Notes: generated by a model not told the origin, from the letters alone. A stretch of DNA of 64,000 nt from Deinococcus sp. (GCA_965261005.1 OZ253375.1:1824001-1888000); one strand, 5' to 3'. Counted from the first letter of the stretch, positions 1-9,434 are shown. Numbers and translations: made by a program.

Positions 1-422
1 CGCGCGATCTGCGGCTCTTGGCCCTGGTGCTCAAGAGCCTGACCGACATCGAGCGCATGGGCGACTACGCCGTTCACGTCGCCGAGGACGGCTTGGAGCT
101 GGCGCAGGAAAGCGCCCTCAAGCGGTACGTCAACTTGGGGCGTATGCTCACGCGCCTGGAAGAGATGCTGGCCCACCTACGCCGCACCTTGGAGACGCGC
201 GACATCACCTTGGCCCGCGAAACTCTGGCAATGGACGACGAGGTGGACGACCTTTACGAGCAGATTCAGCGCGAACTGGTGACTTACATGCTCGAAGACC
301 CGCGCACCATTGGCAAGGCCATCACCTTGATGCGGGTGGGGCGCAGTCTGGAGCGCATCGGTGACCACATCGAGAACGTCGCCGAGCGCGTCGAGTATTG
401 GGTGAGCGGCCAGCGACCTTGA
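1..422 (+). CDS. phoU: Phosphate signalling regulator PhoU (5' end outside window)
   Basis: Two PhoU repeats with ERMGD and ERIGDH..N.AE motifs, plus MDDEVDDLY. Confidence 0.95.
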   Translation, partial: RDLRLLALVLKSLTDIERMGDYAVHVAEDGLELAQESALKRYVNLGRMLTRLEEMLAHLRRTLETRDITLARETLAMDDEVDDLYEQIQRELVTYMLEDPRTIGKAITLMRVGRSLERIGDHIENVAERVEYWVSGQRP

Positions 423-1381
423 ACACGGCGCGGCGCATGTTGGCTTTGCTCGTCGCGCTGTCCAGCCCCGCCGGTGCCCTGCACCTGGTCGGCACGCCGC
501 TGGGGTTGCCGGCGCCGCTGCCGCCCGGCGTGACCTTTCGCGAGTTAGACGCCGGGGCCGCGCTGGCAGAGCTGTACGCCGGCCGCGCCGACGCGGCCCT
601 GCTAAGCGTGCCGGGGGGGACGCCGCTGGGGGGCACCGGGCCGGTCACGTTCCTGCCGCTGGGTATCTTCGCGGCGCGGCTGGCCTACCGTTTGCCGGGC
701 GTTCAGCTGCGGCTGGACGTGGGAAGTGCCTGCCGCATTTTCGCGGGCCAGATCACGCTGTGGAATGACCCCGCCTTGGCGGTTCTGAACCCCGGCGTAA
801 CGCTGCCGGCCCTGCCCATCCTGACCAGCGCGCGAACCACACCGGGCGGCGCCAACCTCGCCTTTGCGCGTACCTGCGTGGCGGGCGGCTGGTGGCCCGA
901 GAAGTGGCGCAAGAGCAACTGGGCCGCCGGCGCCGTGAACGCGCGGGCCGGCCGGGCGGGGCAAGTGGCCGATCTGGCGCTGACCGGCAGCTTGGCCGTG
1001 CTGGGGCCGCTGGACGCGGCGCCGGGCACCCAGAACGCGCTGATCAGGAACGCGCGGGGCGCCTTTGTCGAGGCGACCCCCAGCGCGGCGGGCGTGACGG
1101 GGGGGCAGCTGCCGAGCGGGCCGGCGGGCAGCCTGCCCCCGCCGCTGACCGGCGCGGCCTACCCGTTTCGCAGCCTGGTCTGGGCGGCGGCGCTGCGCGA
1201 GCAGGACGACCGGGGGCGGAGCTTAGAAAATGCGCGGGCGCTGGCGGACCTGTTGCGCGCCTTGCAGCGGGGGCCGGGGCGCGGCCTCGCGCCGCTGCCC
1301 GCCGCAGCGCGCCCGCCGATCAAGCTCACCTACGGCGGCAAGGGGCTGGACGGCCCGAAGCTGGGACCGCCGGCCCCGTGA
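419..1381 (+). CDS. Divergent PstS-like (PBP2) extracytoplasmic binding protein
   Basis: Signal peptide and IFAGQITLWNDPALAVLNPGVTLP / AYPF PstS-like segments. TTG start overlaps the phoU stop; alternative ATG at 437. Confidence 0.7.
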   Translation: MNTARRMLALLVALSSPAGALHLVGTPLGLPAPLPPGVTFRELDAGAALAELYAGRADAALLSVPGGTPLGGTGPVTFLPLGIFAARLAYRLPGVQLRLDVGSACRIFAGQITLWNDPALAVLNPGVTLPALPILTSARTTPGGANLAFARTCVAGGWWPEKWRKSNWAAGAVNARAGRAGQVADLALTGSLAVLGPLDAAPGTQNALIRNARGAFVEATPSAAGVTGGQLPSGPAGSLPPPLTGAAYPFRSLVWAAALREQDDRGRSLENARALADLLRALQRGPGRGLAPLPAAARPPIKLTYGGKGLDGPKLGPPAP

Positions 1382-1475
1382 CGTTGCGGGAACGCGCCGC
1401 CGAACTCGCCAGCGACAATACGGCCAGGGCAACCAGGTAGCGCCACATCAGCCCGTTCCCATCAAGTCAGCCCCA

Positions 1476-2921
1476 TCAGCTCAGCACCACGGTCTTGAGG
1501 TAGGTCAGCTCCTCCAGGGAGGCCCGCGCCCCCTCGCGCCCGAAGCCGCTCTCTTTGATTCCGCCGTAGGGCATCTGGTCCACCCGGAAGGTGGATGGGT
1601 CGTTGACGATCACGCCGCCCGATTCGAGGTCGCGCACCGCCTGAAGGGCGCGCTGGAGGTTGGCGGTGAAGACGCCGGTCTGAAGGCCGAACTTGCTGCG
1701 GTTCGCCATTTCGATGGCCCCCGTCCAGCTTTCCGCGCGCAGCAGGACCGCCACCGGCCCGAAAACCTCCTCGCTCACCAGCTTGGCGCGCTCGGGTACG
1801 TGTTCCAGAATGGTGGGGGGCAGGACGCTCCCGCGCGCCTCGCCGCCCAGCAGCAGCGCGCCACCGAGGTCCAGGGCTTCCCCAATCCAACTTTGCAGCC
1901 GCGTGAGGGCCGCCGGGTTCACCAGCGGGCCGACGTCCGTGTTCTCGTCGAGGGGATCGCCCAGCACCAGGTGTGCGCTCGCCTGCACGAAGGCGCGCTT
2001 GAAGTCCTCGTACACGCTTTCATGCACGATCAGGCGCTGCGGGTGAATGCAGACCTGCCCCTGGTAGGCGAAGCTGGTCGCGGCCAGCTTGCTCGCGGCC
2101 ACGTCCACGTCGGCGGACTCGTCCACCAGGTTGGCGCTGTTGTTGCCGAGTTCCAGCACCACCGGCTTCAGGCCGCTGGCCGCCTTGATGGCCGCGCCCA
2201 CGCCGGGGCTGCCAGTGAAGCTGACGACGGCGATTTCGGGCGCGCTCACCAAGCGCTCGCCCAATTCTGCCCCGCCGTGGATGACGTTCAGGGCGCCCGC
2301 CGGAAAGCCCGCGTCCGCAATCAGCTCGGCCAGCAGCACGGCGGTGAGGGGCGTCTGCGGCGCCGGCTTGAGGACCACCGCGTTGCCGCCCGCCAAAGCC
2401 GGGCCGACCTTGTGCAGCGCGAGGTTCAGGGGAAAGTTGAAGGGGCTGATGGCCGCCACCACCCCGCGCGGGGCGCGCACGGTGAAGCCCAGCCGCCCCT
2501 CGCCGTACCGGCTGGCGTCGAGCGGAATCCCCTCCCCCGCCAGGGTCAGCGCGGCGTCGGCGGCAAAGGCCAAATTCTCGACCGAGCGGCCCACCTCCAC
2601 CCGCGAAGCCTTGAGCGGCTTGCCGGCCTCGCGGGCGATGGTCCGCGCGAAGCTCTCGGCGCGCTCCGACAGGAGGGCGGAAGCTTGCCGTAAATGGGCG
2701 GCGCGCTGATGGGCGGGCCAGGTTCTCAGCTCGGCGTAGGCCGTCTGCGCGGCGCCGAGGGCCGTTTGCAGCTCGGCCGGCGTTCCGCGCGCCACGCGGT
2801 AGAGGGCCTCGCCCGAGTACGGCTCGGCCACCTCGTCGAACTCGCTTCCCTCCACCCGGTGGCCGGCGATGAAGTGCGGCACGGTCGTCACGTTGGCCGG
2901 CCCTGTCATTGCCTGGGTCAT
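1476..2921 (-). CDS. Aldehyde dehydrogenase family protein
   Basis: PFNFP, FTGS, ELGNN, GQVC, EEVFGP and YGGIKESG motifs. Confidence 0.95.
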   Translation of the reverse strand: MTQAMTGPANVTTVPHFIAGHRVEGSEFDEVAEPYSGEALYRVARGTPAELQTALGAAQTAYAELRTWPAHQRAAHLRQASALLSERAESFARTIAREAGKPLKASRVEVGRSVENLAFAADAALTLAGEGIPLDASRYGEGRLGFTVRAPRGVVAAISPFNFPLNLALHKVGPALAGGNAVVLKPAPQTPLTAVLLAELIADAGFPAGALNVIHGGAELGERLVSAPEIAVVSFTGSPGVGAAIKAASGLKPVVLELGNNSANLVDESADVDVAASKLAATSFAYQGQVCIHPQRLIVHESVYEDFKRAFVQASAHLVLGDPLDENTDVGPLVNPAALTRLQSWIGEALDLGGALLLGGEARGSVLPPTILEHVPERAKLVSEEVFGPVAVLLRAESWTGAIEMANRSKFGLQTGVFTANLQRALQAVRDLESGGVIVNDPSTFRVDQMPYGGIKESGFGREGARASLEELTYLKTVVLS

Positions 2922-2956
2922 GCCCCAGTCTAGGCCCGCCCACGCTACGCTGGGCC

Positions 2957-4166
2957 GTGGCCGCCACCCCCGTTTCCGCCGCCCGACCCACCTCCGCGCT
3001 GTGGCCGACGCTGGGGCTGGCCCTTGGCCCGGCCGTCGCGCTGGGCCTCGCGCGCTTCGCCTACGCCCTGATCCTGCCCGCCATGCAGCGCGATTTGCAC
3101 TGGACCTACACCCAGTCGGGGGGCCTCAACACCGCCAACGCCGTGGGCTACCTGTTGGGCGCGGCGGGGGGGGGCTTACGCGGGGCGGCGCCTCGGCGGG
3201 CGGACGGCCTTTTTGGCGGGCCTGCTGCTGACGGCCCTCGCGCTGTTCGCCTCGGGCCTGAGCGGCAACTACACGCCGCTCCTGTTGTGGCGCGCCCTGG
3301 CCGGCGCGGCGGGCGCCGTCACCTTTGTGACCGGCGGCGCCTTGGCAGCCGAGCTGGCAAGCGGCTTTCCCGCGCGAACCGGCGGTCTGATCGTCGGCGG
3401 GTACTTCGGCGGGGTGGGGCTGGGCATCGCGGCCTCGGGGGCGCTCGTGCCCGCCCTGCTGGCGCTCGGGGGCTCTTGGCGAGCGGCGTGGTGGGCCGTG
3501 GGATTGCTCGGGTTGGTGGGCTGGCTCGCCTCTTTGTGGGCCACCAAAGCCTTTCAATCCCCCAAAGCGGCCCCCACCGCTCAGACAAGCAGCTTCGCCC
3601 TGCGCCCCCTGTGGCCGACCCTCGCCGCCTACTTCCTGTTCGGGGCGGGTTACGTCTCGTACATGACCTTCGTGATCGCCTTTTTGCGCGGCGAGGGGCT
3701 GGGCAGCGGGCCGGTCGCGGCCTTTTGGATGCTGCTGGGCGCGGCGGTGGTCGCCTCGTCGTGGCTGTGGCGCGACCCCATCGCGGAACAGCCCACCCGG
3801 CGGGTGCTGCCGACTATCATGCTGCTGCTGGCCGCCGGCACGGCCCTGCCGCTCGCCACGCCGGCGCTGCCGGTCGTCTTCCTGTCGGGCGCCCTCTTCG
3901 GCGGCTGCTTTCTGGCGGTCATCGCGGCCATCACCGCCTTGGTACGCCGCGCCCTGCCCCAGGCGGCCTGGGCCTCGGCCCTCGGCGCGGCCACCGCCAT
4001 CTTCTCGGTCGGGCAAATTTTCGGCCCCCTCGGATCGGGCTGGCTGTCCGACCTGACGGGGGTCCTGAACTGGGGCCTGGAGGGTTCGGCGCTGCTGCTG
4101 TTGCTGGGAGCGGGGGTGGCGCTTCGGCAGCGGGAGGCGTCGGAGCTGTCAAGCCGCGCCCGGTAA
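2957..4166 (+). pseudogene. YbfB/YjiJ-type MFS transporter, frameshifted in a G9 run (3166-3174)
   Basis: The GLARFAYALILPAM N-terminus is in one frame and the remaining TM helices in the next. Removing one G joins them (AAGGAYAGRRLGGRTAFLAG). Confidence 0.8.
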
Positions 4167-4174
4167 GATACATC

Positions 4175-5140
4175 ATGCCGCTCGCCCTGCTCGTCAGCCT
4201 GGCCCTTGCCGCGCCCACCTTCAGCTTGCCGAACTTCGGACAGCTGGTGGGCGTGACGCCTTCGGGGGCGTTTTGGGCGCGGGCACGCACCGGACCGGAC
4301 ACGTTCGCCTCGGAACTCGCGTTGTACGACCCCACAACCGGACGGGTGTTGCGCGCCGTGAACTTGCCGGGCCGGTATCAACCAGTCGTGGCGAACCGCG
4401 ACGGCTCGCGCTTCGCGGCGTTCGACGCGGACACGACGCGCCTCACGCTGCTGAACGCAGACGGGCGCGAGCTGTGGAGCGTTTCCTCACCCGGCCTCAG
4501 CGGCACCCTCAACCTCAGCTTCAGCCCGGACGGCGCCCTTTTGGTGGCGGGCAACGACAACGGCTACGTGCAATTTTGGAACGCGGCGAGTGGCGAGCGG
4601 GAAACCACCGTCCTCGGTCCCGGTTACCGGGCAGAACTCGTGCGCTTCGACCCTGCGGGCGCGCGTCTTTTCGTGCAGTTCCGTGGGGCGCGGGAGCTGG
4701 TCGTATATGACGTGGCCTCGCGCCGGGTCCTCACGACCCTTAACGCCTACGCCCGCACGCCGGGTTCGCTCGCCTTTACGCCGAACGGGCGGCAGTTCGT
4801 TTTGGCAGACGGTTACACTCCCGTGCGCGTCTTGGACGCCAACTCCGGCGCCCTTCTGCGAACCTTCCCGCCTCTCAAGGTGCCGTGCGAGGTGCCGCCC
4901 AAGTTGTGCGCGCGGGGTCCCTTCACCCTTGACCTCGACGCAGAGGGCGAGCGGCTGGCCGTGGCTTACTACAACGGCACGGCCGTGCTGTACGACTTTG
5001 CGAGCGGCACCGTGCGGGCAACCTTGCCCAAGGTCGGCGTCTACGTGAAGCTGACCCCGAGCGGAATGAAACTGCTGGGCACAACCTACGACGCTACCGG
5101 CCAAATCCTAAATGTATGGCCGTTGCCAGCGAAGCGCTGA
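4175..5140 (+). CDS. Secreted WD40/beta-propeller protein
   Basis: Signal peptide followed by repeated FSPDG/FDPAG/FTPNG..(W/Y)D blades. Confidence 0.8.
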   Translation: MPLALLVSLALAAPTFSLPNFGQLVGVTPSGAFWARARTGPDTFASELALYDPTTGRVLRAVNLPGRYQPVVANRDGSRFAAFDADTTRLTLLNADGRELWSVSSPGLSGTLNLSFSPDGALLVAGNDNGYVQFWNAASGERETTVLGPGYRAELVRFDPAGARLFVQFRGARELVVYDVASRRVLTTLNAYARTPGSLAFTPNGRQFVLADGYTPVRVLDANSGALLRTFPPLKVPCEVPPKLCARGPFTLDLDAEGERLAVAYYNGTAVLYDFASGTVRATLPKVGVYVKLTPSGMKLLGTTYDATGQILNVWPLPAKR

Positions 5141-5161
5141 ACTCGCCAAGTTGGACGAGGC

Positions 5162-5746
5162 TTAGCCCGGCGAGCGCGCCGCCCCCGCCGGCGTCACGTG
5201 CTCCAGCAACTCCAATCCCGGCCAGCCCAGCGTTAAGCGCCCCGGCATGGCGAGGCTCGCCCACAGCGCCACTGGGTCGAGATTGTTCGCCCGCGCTGCA
5301 AACAGGCTGATCACGGTGCCGTGCGCGACGATCACCACCTCTCCCATCTGGCCCCGCATCACGTCCCCCACCGCCGCCGAGAAGCGCGCGTGGGCCTCGT
5401 CCGCGCTTTCCTGGCCGAAGACGCGCTCCGCCGGCCGCTCGAAGACCGAGCGCACCGCCGCCTCAAACTCCGCCTGGATCGGGAAGTAGGGCGTCCCCGT
5501 GCGGACCTGCTCGTGCAGCCCCTCGGCAATCCTGCACGCCACGCCCAGCCGTTCAGCAATCAGCCGCCCGGTCTCCCGCGCCTTAAGCTCGCGGCTGGTC
5601 ACGACCTCGGAGATACGCCGCCCGAGCAATCCCTCTGCCAGCGCGGCGGCCCCCGCCTCCCCCGCCGGCGTGAGACCCCAGCTTTCGGGCGGGGTGCCGG
5701 GCACGGGGCGGGACTGGGCGTGGCGGACGAGGTGGAGGCGGGGCAC
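5162..5746 (-). CDS. Histidine phosphatase (phosphoglycerate mutase-like) family
   Basis: LVRHAQS and VAHG motifs; TAGACT -10 box 6 nt before the GTG. Confidence 0.9.
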   Translation of the reverse strand: MPRLHLVRHAQSRPVPGTPPESWGLTPAGEAGAAALAEGLLGRRISEVVTSRELKARETGRLIAERLGVACRIAEGLHEQVRTGTPYFPIQAEFEAAVRSVFERPAERVFGQESADEAHARFSAAVGDVMRGQMGEVVIVAHGTVISLFAARANNLDPVALWASLAMPGRLTLGWPGLELLEHVTPAGAARSPG

Positions 5747-5755
5747 GGAGTTAGT

Positions 5756-6274
5756 CTAGCGGGAAGGCAGGTATCTCAGCAGATCGAGAAATGGCGGCGG
5801 AAAGCCGAGTTGCCGCCCCAGCAGCGCGATCTGTGCGGTGTGCCGGACCTCGTGCTGCATGACGTGCCACAGCAAGCCCTCGACGGTGAAGCGCTGCTCG
5901 CCCTCGGAGGTCTGGACTGCCACCTCCCGGCCCAACTCCCCTGGTGTGAGGCGGGCGAGGGAGCCGAGCGTGCTTTCCTCGGCCGCCCGCCAGTAGGAGA
6001 GCAGCGCGGGCAGCGGCGTCCCGGCGTAATACGGCCCGTCCTGGGCGCCCTTTATACCGGGCACGCCTTCCCACACCGGCGTGTCGCGCAGGATGTCCTC
6101 GTGCAGCCATGAGTCCTCGACGGCCGGAACGTGCAGAACGAGGTCCTTGATCGAGTGAAAGCGCTCGCCGGGGATGATGGGGCGGGAAAGCGCCTCATCG
6201 GGCAAGCTTTGCAGGTACACCCACAGGTCGCGCCGCGCCCGGACGAGGTAGCCGTAAAACTCGGGGATGTTCAC
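5756..6274 (-). CDS. DinB family protein
   Basis: SIKDLVLH..E and HVMQHEVRHTAQ His triad; GTGA overlap with the upstream kinase gene. Confidence 0.9.
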   Translation of the reverse strand: MNIPEFYGYLVRARRDLWVYLQSLPDEALSRPIIPGERFHSIKDLVLHVPAVEDSWLHEDILRDTPVWEGVPGIKGAQDGPYYAGTPLPALLSYWRAAEESTLGSLARLTPGELGREVAVQTSEGEQRFTVEGLLWHVMQHEVRHTAQIALLGRQLGFPPPFLDLLRYLPSR

Positions 6275-7137
6275 GGCAGCACCACTTCTGTCCCCGCAAG
6301 CTTGCGGGCGCGCTTCTTGATCTCGCGCAGCGCTTCGGCGGCGTCCCCGCGCACGCCCAGCCGCGCGAACGACTGGCACAGCGAGCGCACGTCGCGCCCG
6401 AAGAGGGCGTCAAAGTGCGGACTCTCGTCTTGGCGCGCCATCTGCGGCACGTCAATCACGATCACCCGCCCTTCCCACCACAGCAGGTTGTAAGTCGAGT
6501 AGTCGCCGTGCGCGAGGTTCAGGTTCAGCAATCGGGCGAGGATGTCCAAACTCTGGTCCCACGCGCTGCGGGCCTCCCCCGGTGTCAGGCGGGCGTCGGA
6601 GAGGCGCGGGGCCACGTTGTCCTCGTCGCCGATCAGCTGCATCACCACCGCGCGCCCGGACGCCGCGCAGTCCTTGATCCCCGGCCCGATCAGGGGCTTC
6701 GGGACGGGCAAACCGGCGGTGTAGAGCGCCCATAATTGGGCGTACTCGTGCATCACCCAGATGGCCTGCTGGGCGTTCACCCCCGTCGCGCTGCGCTGAC
6801 GGATGGCCTTTTCGATGCGCGCGTCGCCCACGTACCTGCCCTCGCGGTAGACCGCGTCGTTCTTGAAGGAGCGCGTGACGAGGTCCTTGTACAGCTTGAC
6901 CGCGCACAAGCCCTGCGGCCCGCGCCCCAGATAGACAGTCGCCTCCTTGCCGCTCTTGAGTTCCCCCAGCAGCTCGTGCAGGTGGCCGAGGTCGTGCAGG
7001 GCCGCCAGGGTGGGGTCGGAAAAGGGCGACCCGCCGCCCTCATTCTGTATGGCGTTCACCGAGCGCCGCCCCTGCGCCTTGCGGCCAGTTTTCTTTCTAA
7101 GGCGCTGAAAGGTTTCCTCGAAGTCGGGCCGAGCCAT
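6271..7137 (-). CDS. RIO1-family Ser/Thr kinase/ATPase
   Basis: LKSGKEATVY, AVKLYK, HGDYSTYNLL and IDVPQ motifs. Confidence 0.93.
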   Translation of the reverse strand: MARPDFEETFQRLRKKTGRKAQGRRSVNAIQNEGGGSPFSDPTLAALHDLGHLHELLGELKSGKEATVYLGRGPQGLCAVKLYKDLVTRSFKNDAVYREGRYVGDARIEKAIRQRSATGVNAQQAIWVMHEYAQLWALYTAGLPVPKPLIGPGIKDCAASGRAVVMQLIGDEDNVAPRLSDARLTPGEARSAWDQSLDILARLLNLNLAHGDYSTYNLLWWEGRVIVIDVPQMARQDESPHFDALFGRDVRSLCQSFARLGVRGDAAEALREIKKRARKLAGTEVVLP

Positions 7138-7199
7138 CAGGCCCCGCGCCGGTTGCTAAAGGATGATGTGAATACAGCCGAAAGGGGTGAAAACAACAT
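7137..7199 (-). CDS. Putative 20-aa leader peptide MLFSPLSAVFTSSFSNRRGA
   Basis: AGGAG Shine-Dalgarno (SD) upstream; its stop overlaps the kinase start as TGATG. Confidence 0.5.
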   Translation of the reverse strand: MLFSPLSAVFTSSFSNRRGA

Positions 7200-7266
7200 G
7201 CACGCTCCTAAAAACAGAGGTCGGAAGGCCGGGGGCCAATTCGGAAACCGTGTTGAGGTTGTTCAT
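7156..7266 (-). CDS. Putative 36-aa upstream ORF MNNLNTVSELAPGLPTSVFRSVHVVFTPFGCIHIIL
   Basis: AGGCAGGTGA SD 4 nt before the ATG; overlaps the 20-aa uORF in another frame. Confidence 0.4.
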   Translation of the reverse strand: MNNLNTVSELAPGLPTSVFRSVHVVFTPFGCIHIIL

Positions 7267-7338
7267 GTGTTCACCTGCCTTTCAAGCTGTCGCTGATCCC
7301 ACCTTAAGCGCAGGGGCGGGGTTTTGCAATGCCCACGC

Positions 7339-8097
7339 TCAAAAGACCGTGTATCCGCCGTCCATCACCAGCACCGAGCCGGTCATGAACGAGGAGGCGT
7401 CGCTGGCGAGGAAGACGATAGCCGGTCCCAGTTCCTCGGGCAGGCCGTAGCGCCGCTGGGGGGCGTCCTCGATCCAGAAGCGCCGAAACTCGGGGTTGTC
7501 TACGGGCGCCATGTCGGTCTTGATGTAGCCGGGCGCCAGGGCGTTGACCCGCACGCCGAGGGGCGCCCACTCGGCGGCGAGGCTTTTCGTGAGCTGATGC
7601 ACGGCCGCCTTGGAGGCGTTGTAGGCCGGCTGCCACTGTGGCCGGTTGACGATCTGCGCCGAGATCGAGCCGATGTTGACGATGGTGCCGCTGCCGCGCC
7701 CCGTCATGTGCCGCCCGAACACCTGCGAGGCGATCCACAGCGCGTCCACGTTCACGTCCATCACCTGACGCCACTCCTGGTCGGTCACCTCCAGGGCGGG
7801 GCGGTGAATGCAGGTTCCGGCGTTGTTGACCAGAATGTCCACCTGGCCGAAACGGGCGACCGACTCGGCCAAAACGCGCTCGACGTCGGCGCGGCGCGTG
7901 ACGTCGGCCAGGACGGTCAGGCTCTCGCGGCCCAACTCGGCCAGCTCCCGCCCGACGTCCCCAGCCGCCCCCGCGTCCCGGCCCACGATCACGACGTTGG
8001 CCCCGGCCTCGGCCAGGGCGCGGGCGAAGGCGCGGCCCAGCCCGCGCGTCGCCCCCGTGACCACCGCCGTCCGGCCGCTGAGGTCGAACTTCGCCAT
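7339..8097 (-). CDS. SDR family oxidoreductase
   Basis: TGATRGLG, NNAG and YNASK motifs; alternative start at 8124. Confidence 0.93.
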   Translation of the reverse strand: MAKFDLSGRTAVVTGATRGLGRAFARALAEAGANVVIVGRDAGAAGDVGRELAELGRESLTVLADVTRRADVERVLAESVARFGQVDILVNNAGTCIHRPALEVTDQEWRQVMDVNVDALWIASQVFGRHMTGRGSGTIVNIGSISAQIVNRPQWQPAYNASKAAVHQLTKSLAAEWAPLGVRVNALAPGYIKTDMAPVDNPEFRRFWIEDAPQRRYGLPEELGPAIVFLASDASSFMTGSVLVMDGGYTVF

Positions 8098-8165
8098 AAC
8101 GCTCACTGCGGCCTGCTCCAGCACTTCTTTTGCATGGCCGAACTTTAGAGCATTTGTCGGCCGGT

Positions 8166-9116
8166 CTACTTGACCCCCTTATCTAAATATTTATTGCTGT
8201 AGAAGTCGCCCGGCTTGAAGTTCTCCTTCAGCTTGCCGCTCCCCTGCAAAAAGGCGACCGCCTTGGCCCAGCCGGCGGCGTTGATCTGCCCGACCACTTC
8301 GGCGCCGCGCATCAGCGGCAAGGATGCCTTCAACACCGGCAGACCGCCCGCTTGGCCCGCATACGCCTTGCTGTCCGCGAACGCCTGTTGGGGGTTCGCC
8401 AGCGTGAAGGCGACGCCGCGCTGCGCCGCGCGCACCACCTGGCGCGCGAGGTCGCCGTTCAGCGTTTTTTCGGTGGCGATCAAACCGGCCCCCGTCATGG
8501 GGTAGGCCCGCGTCACGTCCAGGGTGTTCGGCGTGACGCCCGCCGCCCTCAGTTGCACCACCTCGTTGTTGACGAAGCCCACCGCCGCGTCCACCCGCCC
8601 CGAGCGCACCGCCTCCAGTTGCGTGAAGCCGATGGGGGCCAGCTTCAGGTCGCTCTCCTTCAGCCCCCCCGACGCCAGCAAGGCTTGCAGCGCGAAATAG
8701 GTGCTGCCGTAGGTGCCCGGAATGCCGACCGTCTTCCCCTTCAAGTCGGCGAGCGTCTTGATGCTCAGCTTGGGCAGGGAAAAGACCGTCGCGGGCAGGC
8801 GCTGGTACATCGCCAGCACGTACTTAACGGGGGCGCCCTGCGCGCGAGCGAAGATGGCGTCCTCGGCGTCGCCCACCACGAAGTCCAGCTTGCCTTGCAA
8901 GAGCAGCGGCATCAGTTCCTGCGCGTAGCCGTGCTGAAACTTGACGTTCAGCCCCTCGGCCTTGAAGTAGCCCTGCTGCGCCGCCGCGTAAAAGGGCGCG
9001 AACTGCACGTTGGGCAGGTAGCCCAGGCCTATGGTGACGGTCTTTTGAGGAGCCTGCGCGCAGGCCGAGGCCCCTAAGACGGTACTGACCAACAACACTT
9101 TTCCAAATTTCAACAT
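8166..9116 (-). CDS. NMT1/THI5-type ABC substrate-binding protein, probably riboflavin-binding (RibY-like)
   Basis: Signal peptide, GYLPNVQFAPFY and DLKGKTVGIPG; lies directly behind an FMN riboswitch. Confidence 0.85.
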   Translation of the reverse strand: MLKFGKVLLVSTVLGASACAQAPQKTVTIGLGYLPNVQFAPFYAAAQQGYFKAEGLNVKFQHGYAQELMPLLLQGKLDFVVGDAEDAIFARAQGAPVKYVLAMYQRLPATVFSLPKLSIKTLADLKGKTVGIPGTYGSTYFALQALLASGGLKESDLKLAPIGFTQLEAVRSGRVDAAVGFVNNEVVQLRAAGVTPNTLDVTRAYPMTGAGLIATEKTLNGDLARQVVRAAQRGVAFTLANPQQAFADSKAYAGQAGGLPVLKASLPLMRGAEVVGQINAAGWAKAVAFLQGSGKLKENFKPGDFYSNKYLDKGVK

Positions 9117-9149
9117 GTTTGGTGTCAACCCGACGGGAACGGGTTGACT

Positions 9150-9298
9150 TCTCCTTCTCTCATCCGGACTGTAACCGTCGGCCTCGGAATCTCACCAAGT
9201 CGGGCGCGGCCGTGGTGCGATTTGGCCGGGCTTCGCGGGCTGACGTTCCCTCGAACGATCACCGCCGGTGGGGAATTGCGCCCCGCCCCGAAGGATGG
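9150..9298 (-). promoter_or_regulatory. FMN riboswitch (RFN element)
   Basis: Minus strand reads ATCCTTCGGGGCGGGGCGCAATTCCCCACCGGCGGT...AGCCCGCGA...GGTGAGATTCCGAGGCCGACGGTTACAGTCCGGATGAGAGAAG, matching the RFN consensus. Confidence 0.95.
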
Positions 9299-9358
9299 CT
9301 TTCGCCGCGTTCAGGCTAGCTTGATGGTACGGCGCCGGGTGTGCGGGGGGACCAATTG

Positions 9359-9434
9359 ATACGGGTTCCGCGCTCTGGAGCGCCTATCAACGAACGCCTG
9401 CCAACAAAGTTGACAGGCGTTCCAGAAACCGTAT
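9359..9434. repeat. Small intergenic repeat related to 12741-12876, with modules in swapped order
   Basis: Shares GATACGGGTT.CGCG.TCTGGAGC and TG.CAACAAAGTTGAC.G with the 12741 element; ends are ATACGG...CCGTAT. Confidence 0.65.

Noticed and set aside
2909..5140. 743-aa MFS-WD40 fusion in the ORF track
   Set aside because: Artefact of the G9 frameshift. The middle is off-frame MFS sequence, and the propeller has its own signal peptide at 4175.
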